64,000 nucleotides of DNA from Camelus dromedarius. Its lineage: Eukaryota. How positions within the stretch are numbered: position 1 is the stretch's first letter; every line of letters starts with the position of its first letter. The notes under the pieces were generated by a model. That model had not been told where the DNA came from and did no database searches. It saw only the letters and a program-made list of their open reading frames with translations. Location of the stretch: the NCBI RefSeq assembly GCF_036321535.1, contig NC_087462.1, positions 3,782,001 through 3,846,000 on the forward strand, written 5' to 3'. Positions 1 through 10,827 of this stretch are shown here, piece by piece. The translations under genes were made by a program, and so were the position numbers.

Positions 1-193
1 GTCTCCACTTATGGTGCAAGGCAGGTGCGTTCAGGGACCAAGTGCTGCCTGGACTCCCGGGGGAGGGGGTCTGCGTTTTCTGGTTGAGGCGGTGTGCTTG
101 TGGGGACGGTGGTGTCCTGTCTCCAGGGTCCTTGTGGCTACGTGGATGGGGTGGAGGCAAGCCTACCCTACTGGGGGAAGAGTGGCCACAGAC

Positions 194-2726
194 CTGCCCC
201 TTGGCTCCATGGAAACAGGCCGGTCGCCTCCCCTCCCTGGGGTTCAGCTCTCACACGTTCAAGTAGGATCTGCCCTGTCTGAGGGGTGTGATGCACCAAC
301 AACCAAGGCTGCCCGGGCCCCTGTCCCCACAGGGCCCACAGTCAGGGAGAGACACAGGCCCAGGCCCTTACCTGTTGGCTGAACAAAGCCCCGCTCCACC
401 AGGCCAGGCTCACCCCAGACCCGGTCCCTGCAGCCCGTGTACACACACCTCGCAGGGCAAAGGGGACACGGCAGGTGGAATTCAGTCAAGGACCTTCATG
501 TGGGAGGTTATCTGGGATTGGCCAGGTGGATCCTGTGTTACCAGAAGAGTCTTTACAAGGGAAATGGGGAGACGGGAGGGCCAGGGGTGGAGATACAAAA
601 AGAGAAAATTACCCTGCTGGCTGTGAAGAGGGGGTGGGGGTGGGTGGTGAGCCGCAGGCCAAGGGTCACAGCAGCTTCCAGAAGTCGGAAAAGGTAGGGA
701 ATGGTAGCCTCCCACCCCTCCCCCCAGAGCCCCCAGAAGGAACCAGCCCTGCCCAACCTGGATTTCAGCCTGGATTTCCAACCACCTGGGGTCATTCTGT
801 CCCCTGAAGACCTCTGGCTGCACCAGGAGACATTTGTGGTTGTCATGAGAGGGAGTAAGGAGGTGCCGCTGGCGTTTGGCAGGTGGGGAGGCAGGGATGC
901 TGCTCTGCACCCTGCCATGCCTGGGACAGTCCCCAGTGTCAGGGATGCTGAGCTGCAAGTTTCTGCCCCAGGGTGGTGGGCGCTGTGTGAGTACACACCA
1001 GGCACCGAGGAGGCCCAGAGAAGGCGCTTGGGGAAGGAGCTAGGGGAGGCTTCCTGGGAGAGGGGGCGGCTAAGCCGAGGGCAGGATGAACAGGATTCAG
1101 CCAGGAGGAAGGATGGCTGATGGAGGGGGCGCAAACTGGTGGGCAAAAGCTGGTGGGGAAAACCAGCTGCATTCTGGGAACTGAGGGCCGCCAGTCTGTC
1201 CAAGAATGGAGGGGAGGAGTGGGCTCACAAGGAGGGCAGTGGAGAGCCACACGCGTTTGAGTAAGGCGGTGACATCGTCAGACTTGGTCTTCAGGAACAG
1301 GAGGAGGGGGCAGGCCTGGAAGTGGTCTTGGTGCTGTTAAGAAATACAAGTCAGTAGAGAGGGATTGGGGTCTGATTGGACGAGGGGACAGAGGCAGCTC
1401 TGGTCTCCAGACAGCAGGGAGAGTTGTGGGGCCAAGCAGAGCCGGCAGCTGACCCTGGGCACCTGGGTGCAGGCTGTGGTCAGTGACCGGCCACCAGAGT
1501 CTGGGGTCAAGTTTTCCAGGAGGGCCAGGCACAACCCCAGGGCAGCTCCTGGATTTCCTGCAAGGCTGGTTTCCCTTTCCTGTGTGCTCCACTGTGCCAG
1601 TATTGGGCTGCTAAGGGTTGTTCAAGGCAGGTGGCCTTGGCAGGTCTCCCCCTCCCTCCATAAAATGGTGACAGTAATAATGCGAGGGTTTAAGTTCACG
1701 CCCTGGGCTCTGGGCAGATAGAGGGGACCAGGAACCTGGTGGGGCAAGTTTCTCCTGTAAAATGGGCCCATGAGGCTGCTGAAAGGGCTCAGTGGATAGT
1801 CAGGCTGGGGCTAGTCACAGGGCTTGCCCTTGAACCCGAGCTGACCTCCAGGCCTCTGCAATGGCCAGCACCAGCTCCATCCTGGGCAGCAGAGGATCAG
1901 GGACAGCCCCCGGCCTGGCCTATCCAGGCCTCATCTTAGACATGCTCCACAGAGGTCCAACAAGGACAGGGGCCTGTGGGACCCAAGTGGCTTCCAGGTG
2001 ACGTGCTGGACATGGGAGACCCACCTGGAGACCAGGTCACTCAGGGCTCTCCCTCCCCTGCCCCTACCCCTACTCCTCCCTTGCCAGAGGGATGGACAGA
2101 CAGGTGCTGGCTTCTACTCCCAGGGAAATGCCTGGCCTCTGGCCTCTGCTTCCCTCAACTGAAACACTGCTGTCCCCTCCTGGCTCATGGCCCTGAGTGG
2201 GCTGTCTCCTACATCAAATGACATAAAGCCCAGAACTTTTAGGAACAGAGATCTCCTGCATTTTCCAGGCCAGTTCCCTGCTCCCGGGAGCCTCCTGGGC
2301 CGGCCTCTGGCTCCCATCCAAGCCCACCTCCTACCTAGTCTGGGGCAGAGGTTTCCTCCTGCTGTCACTGTGGTGGGATGCCCTCTGTGGCTGGATGCTG
2401 GGGGCCTCACAGGGAGCCTCTCAAGGGCAGACCCTCCCTGCAGCTCCAGTCGGATGGAGATGTTTAGGTCAGCAGGTAGCTGACCCCGTGAGGGACGGGG
2501 GTGTCAGAGAAGGCTTCCCAAGGGAGCAGGGGCCGTCTGGAGGACAGGGCCTTATCGGTCAAGGAAACTCCCTGCATGGCGTGACCACCAGGCCATGACC
2601 CCAGGAATCCCCAGGTTGGGGGGGGGGTGCAATGAGAGTGAACACAAGGCGCAAGCAGGGACTAGACTAGGCAGGCAGACCAGTGAGCTGAGCAGGACAG
2701 AGAATCAGCAGCTGCAGGGGCTCCTG
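194..2726 (-). pseudogene. Decayed multi-exon collagen-like (Gly-X-Y) pseudogene, probably continuing left of the window
   Basis: Minus-strand segments, with AG/GT borders unless noted: 2411-2437 (GLP-LR-GS|gtgagg); 2025-2057 (GRE-SPE-*P-GLQ|gtgggt); ~1695-1754 (ttttacag|GET..PPG..P-GPL-YLP-RAQ-G, donor unclear); ~1510-1579 (GK-GNQ..GNP-GAA..P-GPP-GKL, donor unclear); 1284-1333 (PR-PLP-GLP-PPP-VP-EDQ|gt); 758-817 (R-GLQ-GTE-*PQ-VV-GNP-G*N-P-G|gt); 372-427 (DR-VW-GEP-GLV-ER-GFV-QPT-G|gtaagg); 194-236 (CFH-GAK-GQ|gt). ~2260-2330 (GLD-GAR-GRP..LP-GA..P-GK) has no defined borders. Stops and frameshifts are present. Confidence 0.65.
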
Positions 2727-2989
2727 GTGGTGTAGACCAGCCCTCACCCCCAGACTGCCCTGCTCTGGGCTCAGCCCTCCGAGAACTGAGGAGACCACCG
2801 ACCCAGGTGGGCCCTCAGCACTTTCTCAACCCTTCCCAGGGCTGCTGAGCACTCCCCACGCCAGGCCCAGGGCCCAGGCGAAAAGGTGAGCCTCGGCCTT
2901 CAGCTAAGGTCAGTTCCTAAGGAGCCCCCAGGAGGCAGAAGCCCACACCACCGGGGCCAGCACACGGGTTGGGAAACACTTCCAAGTCC

Positions 2990-2995
2990 TTTATT
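2990..2995 (-). terminator. MICOS13 polyadenylation signal AATAAA
   Basis: tttatt on the + strand, 113 nt past the MICOS13 stop codon. Confidence 0.75.
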
Positions 2996-3107
2996 GGACT
3001 GGCAAGGCCGGAGCTGCCCTCGGAGTGGGGTCCCAGTCTGGTGTCTTTAGGTCCTTGGTGCCCCTGCCCCTGTCCCCCGCCTGGGGCAGGTGGCGTCCTC
3101 TGACAGG

Positions 3108-4565
3108 CTACTTGGTTCGCTCCTTCAGGTATTCCCAACCTTCTTTGGAGTACTCCCAGGCCTTGGAGGGGGCCACCGACAGAGCCGACATCATTGTGAT
3201 GATCCCTGTGGGAAGGGAAGGCCCGGCGCCTTCAGCGAAGGGGTTTGGTCCAACCCCCAGGAAACCCTAAATCCGCATGACTTTTAGAAGCAGGACTTCC
3301 AGCTCTCAGTTCCACACAGGGAAAAAGGCAGAGGCCACACGATGTGCTCTGATGCAGCCCCAGGCCCTCAAAGGAGGCTCTATCTTGCTTCCACCTCCCT
3401 GGAATCCCCACCTCCCTTTTTCTTTTAGATCCGTGGGAAGTGTACACACAGCAGGAAGGGAGCAATGGAAAGGAATGGCCAGGGAGGGAGGTGGGAGGTA
3501 TCTGGGGCCACGCCCCCCTCCCACCCCACCCCCAAGCAGCTGGCCTACCTGAATTCCAGGACTCCCGGATGTGAAAGTTAAACTTTGGAGGGGCTGGGAG
3601 CTGGGAAGAGATGGGGAGAAGGGGTTGGGTGAAAGGGGAAGGCCTGGCAGCCCCAGTTTCCCTCACAGACAGGGGGAGCAGCACACGCCCCAGCGCGGAG
3701 GACACCAAGCAGGGCTGCAGGGACCAGGGATCAAAGGCCACCCCAGAGCTGACACCCAACCCCGCTCCTGCCACGCCTGAGCCTCAATCCCAGCTCGCGG
3801 TACCTGGGGTATCTTCAGGCCTGTCTGCTCACACACGTACTGGCTGAACTGGTACATGGCGGTGGGGACCACCTCCTCTGCCTTCTGAAGGGCGGCCTGG
3901 CTCTTGTCACTGGGTCCCAGCAGCTCCTGGTCGTACACCAGGTAGATAGCACCACCAGCCACACTGCCCTTGATGAGAAACCTGCAGACAGGGAACGGAA
4001 CCACAGCAGCTCAGCAGACACCGCTGGCCACCTTCCCGGTCTAGGCCCATGGGTGTGATAGTGGGGGTTTAGACCCACAATCCAAAGAGTGACACACCGG
4101 AAGCCAGGAAGCTAATGAGGTAAGCACAGTGAAGACTTAAGGCCCCTGACCACCTTCTACCTTCCAGCTCCAGGACGGATCCTACACAAGCAACCTGCAG
4201 GGGTTTTCTAAGAGTCCCTGGTCGTTTCCTGCCTGCATGTCACACGCAGCTCCGAGTGCGCATTAACCACCCAACAAACACGTGCGGCACTCCTGCTCCA
4301 TTTTACAGAGCAGACAACCGAGGCTCGGAGGGGTCTCGTGTGCAGAGTAAGGAAGCAAGGACTCGCTAGGAAGCGGGAAGGAGGCGACGGGCGACCTCGG
4401 GAAGCCCCACCGCGAACCGACACGGGAGACCTGGCACTACGGGAAGCGAAGAGCTGGTCGGGAGCAAACCAGAGTACGGTGCCCAAAGAAGAGAACCTTT
4501 TCGGGGGCTTGGGGCCCGCCCGGTGGTCACACGAACCTCATCAGCGACCACACTCGGGGTACCAT
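3108..4565 (-). CDS. MICOS13: MICOS complex subunit MIC13 (QIL1/C19orf70), 118 aa
   Basis: Exons 4565-4537, 3981-3804, 3600-3549, 3205-3108, total 357 nt, all GT-AG. Protein: MVPRVWSLMRFLIKGSVAGGAIYLVYDQELLGPSDKSQAALQKAEEVVPTAMYQFSQYVCEQTGLKIPQLPAPPKFNFHIRESWNSGIITMMSALSVAPSKAWEYSKEGWEYLKERTK*. Matches the recalled human MIC13 and its synteny. Confidence 0.97.
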
Positions 4566-5400
4566 GATTGCTCGGCTCCGCGCGCAAGGACACTCGGCTC
4601 GCCCGTCGCTTCCGGTCGAGGCGCCGCAAAGCCCTCTGGGAGACGTAGTCTCTTATCAGTCGCAAAGGCCTCCGGGAGTCGGAGTCTCGGTACCTCTCCG
4701 AGACGACAGAGAGGGGTAGCGGTCCGACTGCAAAATGATCCTGCGGAGCTTTTACCTCAGGGCCCGGCCGCCGCAAAGCTGTCTGGGAAAAGTAGTCAGC
4801 ACCGCCCCGTGATGACAGCTCATTTAGCCGCCCAGCCTCCTAGGAAATGCAGTCCGGCGCGCCACGGCCCTGGCGACGTGAGGAAAGGAGGAGTCGGGTG
4901 TCTGGAGTGAAGCCTGAGGGTGACCAAAGAGATGTCGGAGCCTGGGCGATCCACCCGCGCCCGCGCGGGGGACTGAGGACCCAGGCCTAGGAAGACAGTG
5001 CCAGGAAGCCGGTTGTCACGGCAACAAGAGGGCGGACTTGTACAAGATAGGCGGATCTTTAGTCACGTGATCGTGTAGGTGGGGCTTTCCTGCGAGGGCG
5101 GGGCCAAGGGAGAGCCAGGCGGGAGGTAGTTGCCCGGCAACGCCCGGCGCAGAGTCCCCCACAGCCGGGCCCCTCCCCGCGAGGAGGTGGGCGAGGAGTC
5201 ACGTGGCTCAGGTCCTACGGGAGGGGGCGTGGTCGGGGGCTGGGTGGACACGACCGCGAAGGGAGGGCAGAGGGGCGTATGCGCGGCTCCCAGGCCCGGA
5301 CCCCAGGCCCGCTGGACCGAGGGAGAAATTTAGGCCTGATTGGGTGAGTGCGCGGATGGGAGCGTGCAGTGGGTCTCACGCCCCCTTTGTCCAGAGGGGA
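4250..5400. promoter_or_regulatory. CpG island / bidirectional promoter of MICOS13 and HSD11B1L
   Basis: CpG-dense. Contains ETS core CTTCCGG (~4607), GC boxes, X-boxes at 5012-5025 and 5129-5141, and CACGTG boxes at 5062-5071 and 5198-5206. A candidate donor G|GTGAGT at 5343/5344 may end a non-coding HSD11B1L exon 1 (inference). Confidence 0.8.
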
Positions 5401-7060
5401 AACTGAGGCCCAGCAAGGTCAGGGGGCCTGTGGGTTCTGCGGGCATCGAGTTTTCCCCTTTCAACCCTCATCACGGCCTGGCTGCTTCCTCCATCCCATT
5501 CATCCATCCATCCACCCACCCTGCCTACCAGCCAACCCCTGCAGGGCCGCTGTGGTCCGGGCCGGGTTGTGGAGAGAGTTGAGCTGAGGGGCTTCACAGC
5601 TTTTCCCTGGAAGTGGGAAGAAGTGAGAGAGCATTCCCTGATGAGGGCGAGGAGTTCACTTTTCTGAGAACTGGAAGATTCATAGACAGGAGCGGAGCTG
5701 GATGAGGTTGGACAGGAGGGCAGGGGTCAGACCTACTGGGTCTTGTGGGCTGAGGTGAGGAGTTTGCCTCCATCTGGGGCAGTGGCAAATCCTGGGAGGA
5801 TTTGGAGCAGGAAGAGACATGCCAGATTTTTTTTTTTTTTTTTTGAAGACTCCCTATGGCTGTTTGGAAAGGATAGAGTGGGAGGGAGGGAGTGTGAAGA
5901 TGGGAGAGCCAGGGAGGAGGCAGCTGGAACTTCGCAGTGGGGGCAAAGGAGGTCGGACTGGATTTAGAGCTTGGAGATTTGAGGACTTACCAACCCCAAC
6001 ACCTCTCAGCTTCCTGTGTTCTGGAAGTCAACCTTTCTTCTTTGCCCCATGAAGTTCAGAGGATTAAAAACCCCAAGATGTGATGGGCCTATGCCCTTTT
6101 CATGGGAGACCCACGACTCCTAGAACGTTAAGCACTTTGCCTATTTCTCTCTCACCTTCTGCCTAGAACAGGTACCTTGATTCCCGCAGCTGAAGTCACA
6201 TCTTAACCTGATGACACAGACACCTCTATCTCCAAACCAGTCCTGAATGTCCAGTTCCATGGGGTGTCCCCAGACAGTTGTCTTTCTGGGCTCTCCCACT
6301 TCTCACTTCCCACGTCCCTCATATCACTGTGGGTTAGTCTAATATCTATTGAGGATGTACTGCATGTCTGGCAGTTTGGGGCATTGAAGATCCAAAAGTG
6401 AGCAAAATAGAAGCAGGTTTCCATTTCTTTCCTGGACCCATGGAACTGAGTCTAAGGGCAAAGAGGGATCCTGAACATGTAACAAATCATCGAGATGATT
6501 TAAGGGGATGACCAAGTGCTGAGAAGGAAAAGAAAGTTCTACAGATAAGGGAGAGAGAGGGACCAGGAATAGAGGTGCTTTAGAGAAGGAAGCCAGGGAA
6601 GCACTCTCCGACGAGGTGATTTTGGAGGTGAGACTTGAAAGAGCAAGCCATTGGTTGCATTCCAGAAAAGTATTCCCAGCAGAGGGAACAGCCAGTGCAA
6701 AAGTTCTGAGCCAGGATGATGACTAGCTCGTTCTGATGAACAGTGAAGAAGATGGAGTGGCAAAGCAGAGTGAACAAGAGGGGCTGGTCCAGGCAAGGCC
6801 TTTTTGGTCACCGAGGCTTTGATTCTAAGTGATACAGGCAGGGGTTTCAGCAGGGGGAGGAGACCGGTGCAGTGGTTCCAGTGATCTGTATGATAACCTG
6901 GAGCCAGTGGTGGCCATGGAGATGGGCAAGAGGGGGCAGGGCCAAGGCTGGGGGCATCACTGCGTGCTCTTCTAACAAAGACACAGTTGGGGAAATGGGT
7001 ATGACTGTGGGCCAGGCCTGTGCCGGCCACCTCTCTCCTGCTGCAGACCCAGGGAGGGCC

Positions 7061-9554
7061 ATGAAGATGCTACTCCTCACTGGGCTGGGAGCCCTGTTCT
7101 TTGCCTATTATTGGGATGACAACTTTAACCCAGGTGAGTGCCTTGGGGTGGAGGAGGGAGGAATGATCCGGCTGTCCTGTCCAACCCCCAAGCTGACCAG
7201 CCCTGCTCACTGCCAGCCAGCCTCCAGGGAGCCCGAGTGCTGCTGACCGGAGCCAGTGCAGGTGTGGGGGAGGAGCTGGCCTATCACTACGCACGCCTGG
7301 GCTCCCACCTGGTGCTCACTGCCCCCACCGAGGCTCTCCTGCAGAAGGTGAGACACCCCATTTCCAGTTTAATGGTGGCGGCAGGGATGGGGGAAAGACA
7401 GGGTCTGGGTTTGAATCCCTGCAAGCCTCCAGGCTTCCTGTGTGGCCCTGGGCAAGTTGCTTAATCTCTCTGAGTCTTAGTTTCCTCACTCGCAAAACAG
7501 AGACCATAAAAGTACCTTCTCCTAGTTTGTGGCATTGGGTTGATGCAGTGAGACAGCTGGAAAGCCAGGAGTGTTCCTCAATGAGTGGAAGTATTGATAG
7601 TGAGTGACCAAAGGCTGTAGTGATAGCTAGGGTTCTCCAGTTCAAAAGCAGGGTGGGTAGACTCTTCTTAGCAACAGCCTAGTGCTGCTTCAAGGAGATG
7701 TAGTTTTGGGGAATAAACCTTCCAAAATTTTAAGAGAGGTCAGAAATCTCAAGATGCATTTGAAATCTCCTGAGTTTTAAATGTTGATGGTCGAGCAAAT
7801 AGAATGTCCTCTGTCCTGGCCTGTGGTCTACCAGTTTGCTACCCCAGGGGTTAAGCTTTGGGAATGATGTTGAATGGAATCTGAGGCTCATACTAGGGGA
7901 GGGGGCTTCAGGCTGGGACCCTAACGGGGCAGGCCGGTGGAGGGGGGCTAGCTGGGGTGGAGGGGCCCACGGGCAGCTCTGGCCCCCTCAGGTGGTAGGG
8001 AACTGCCGGAAGCTGGGCGCTCCCAAGGTCTTCTACATCGCTGCGGACATGGCCTTCCCTGAGGTGCCCGAGCGCGTGGTGCGGTTTGCGCTGGACAAGC
8101 TGGGTGAGGGGCGGGGCCTGGAGTCTGGGACCTTGGCCTTGGCCTTAGGGGCAGGATCCAAATTAGGGTGGGAGTGTGGTAGTAACGGGAGGCTGAGGGC
8201 GGAGATTTATGGACAAGGGGCGTGGCCTGGGGTGGAGCCTCATTGCATCCAGCAACTGTGGACCGAGCCTCATTGGATCTGGGAAGAAGGGAGTAGAGAG
8301 GGGTTTCTTTGATCTTAGTTGGGGGCACTATCTGGGGCGGAGCTCATTGGGTCAGTGCTCTGTCAGCTTTGCTAGTTCAGGGGGCAGGATTAGGGGCGGT
8401 GTCTTATCAGGCATGGGGGGCGGAGCCTCAAGGACTGACTCCGGGCTGACGGGCCTCTCTGGGCTAGGAGGGCTGGACTACCTGGTGCTGAACCACCTCG
8501 GCGCCGCCCCGGCAGGCACGCGGGCCCGCAGCGCCCAGGCGACACGCTGGCTTATGCAGGTGCTCCGACCCTCCGCGGCCCCAGCTCCGCCTCCTCTTGG
8601 TTCTGGCTCCGACCTCCCGCCCCAGACTCTCCCCATCTCCTGGGGCCCTGCCACTCCCAGCTCCAGACCCCGCCTTTCCTGGTTCTAGGCTCCGCCCTCT
8701 CGACCTTGGCTCCGCCCCCGGGCCTGCTCTCCCTCTTCCATTCGGAACTTCTTCACATTTCTCGAACCCCGCCCCTACCTACCAAGCCCCACCCCCGTGC
8801 TCTAGGCTCCGCCCCTGCCCTGTTGGGGTTGGGTTCCTCCTCCGCCCGGTGACGCAGTCGACGACTTCAGGTGAACTTCCTGAGTTACGTGCAACTAACT
8901 TCGTTGGCGCTGCCCAGTCTGACCGACAGCAAGGGCTCCCTGGTGGTGGTGTCCTCGTTGCTAGGTGCGTGCACGCGGGGCGGAGAGCGGGGAAGCCACA
9001 GGGCTCCATGTGGCTTAGCCTGGAGGTGCCAGGAAGATTTCCTGGAGGAGGGGGAGCAGTGTGTGACTGCCCAGCCTCTGCCCTCCGGCGCCCCCAGGCC
9101 GCGTGCCCACCTCCTTCTCCAGCCCCTACTCGGCGGCCAAGTTCGCTCTGGACAGCTTCTTTGGCTCTCTCCGGCGGGAGCTGGACGTGCAGGACGTGAA
9201 TGTGGCTATCACCATGTGCGTCCTGGGCCTCCGGGATCGCGCCTCAGCCGCGGAGGGTGTCAGGTGAGGCCCAGGGCGCGAGCGTGGACCAGGCGGGGGT
9301 TGGGGGTGGGGGCCGCTCAGCCCCAGCCACAGTCCCCACCGCGCACTCCCATCCCCAGGGGCGTCACGAAGGCCAAGGCGGCTCCAGGGCCCAAGGCAGC
9401 TCTGGCTGTGATCCGAGGCGGCGCCACACGTGCCTCTGGCGTCTTCTACCCATGGCGCTTCCACCTGCTCTGCCTGCTTCGCGGCTGGCTGCCCTACCCG
9501 AGGGCCTGGTTCATCCGCCAGGATCTCAACATCACGGTCCCCGCTGCTGCCTGA
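7061..9554 (+). CDS. HSD11B1L: Hydroxysteroid 11-beta-dehydrogenase 1-like protein (SDR family), 287 aa
   Basis: Exons 7061-7133, 7217-7347, 7992-8103, 8468-8559, 8871-8964, 9098-9263, 9359-9554, total 864 nt, all GT-AG. N-terminus MKMLLLTGLGALFFAYYWDDNFNP; Rossmann motif TGASAGVG; catalytic YSAAK; ends ..QDLNITVPAAA*. Confidence 0.96.
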
Positions 9555-10075
9555 GCTCCGAAGACTTTCCAGCTAACTATCCTGGAGCTAGGACTCACAC
9601 CAAGACACCTCTGAGAGAGTGGCGGAGGTCCAGGAGAAAGTCATCAAGACAGAAAAGTAAAACCGAGACAAACTACCAGCACCTGAAAACAATCAGAACT
9701 CCGTGTGCAACTGTCGACAGCTTGCCAGGCATCTTACCAGGAACTTGGAAGACAACACCCCAGCCTTCTCAACTGTCACTAAAGATATGATTGCTGCTTC
9801 CATTTTGCAGATGAAAAAACTGAAACTCAGAGAGGCAGTGTCCCAGGTTCCTGGCCACATCAAACAGGTCACAACACCACTGAGCCACCCTGGGAACCCT
9901 CTTTGTCTCCAACCTGAAACCACCACATCCCTGATTTGTTTGTTTTGCTCAGCCTCGGAGCATCCTCCAACCCTTGCCGGAGCGAGGGAGCCCTTCAAGC
10001 TGTCGATTTGACGGTGGGGTCTGAGAATGAGGAGGAAAAGAACGTGTTCTGGGCTAGATCCAGCCTCTGTTTGAT

Positions 10076-10081
10076 AATAAA
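10076..10081 (+). terminator. Likely HSD11B1L polyadenylation signal AATAAA
   Basis: First AATAAA seen downstream of the stop (~520 nt); use is inferred. Confidence 0.5.
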
Positions 10082-10813
10082 AATCTTTCTTCCTTTGCAC
10101 ATCTATTGTTCAAATTCCTTGGTCCTTCCAACTTGCTGGTGGCAGACGAGTTAAGACGAATGTGTGTACCGGCTCCAGAACTCTCAACTTCATTTCACAG
10201 GTGGAGAAACAGAGGCTGAGAGACAGCTGGACCTCACCCAAGAAGTCAGATAGAAGGAAGGGTAACTGTGGGCTAAAGGCTTTATTGGCAGCACAAAGTA
10301 TGTGGATTATGCACCAATAATGATAACTTGCATCAGGCACTAAGCACTTGGCATTCATGACCTCTTGGCATCTTCACAACTGGAAGTTTGTGCTACCATT
10401 GTTCCAATTTTATGGATAAGAAAACTTAGAGGGGAAGTCAATGACAGAAGCTGGGATTCCGAATACCAGACTTCGTCTTTAAGACAACACGTAGGCTGCA
10501 TCTGCACATCACTGATACTTATATTAATGAGTTAAAAATGGACACTTTCCCTAAAATGGTAAAGAAAAAGCAACTGTAAAGATATAAACTAGAATTAATA
10601 CAATGTTATAAAATGCTAGCTACTGTTGGCTGTCCAAGGCTCCAAGATCAGCAGGTGTTAGAAGGCCTAACTCCAAAGAGACCAGCCCAAAATTGATTCT
10701 GTCTCTTGGAGATAAATAGAATCGAAAGATAAAAACCAGAAAACAATTTTTTTTGTTGTTTCCACTACGCCTCCCATCCCGGCGCCTAAAATTACATCAA
10801 GTTATATCAAATG

Positions 10814-10827
10814 CCAGCAGGGGGCGC
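10814..10827 (+). promoter_or_regulatory. CTCF motif
   Basis: CCAGCAGGGGGCGC is an exact fit to the CCASYAGRKGGCRS consensus; it lies between HSD11B1L and RPL36. Confidence 0.7.

Noticed and set aside
494-532. Extra AG/GT-bounded 39-nt segment (DPPGQSQITSHMK) as a collagen exon
   Set aside because: Only one Gly-X-Y-like triplet, too weak to count as evidence; it may still belong to the fossil.
6995-7060. In-frame upstream ATGs (6995, 7001) extending HSD11B1L
   Set aside because: A good acceptor (ctctctcctgctgcag|) at 7046 lies between them and the conserved ATG at 7061, so they are most likely intronic.
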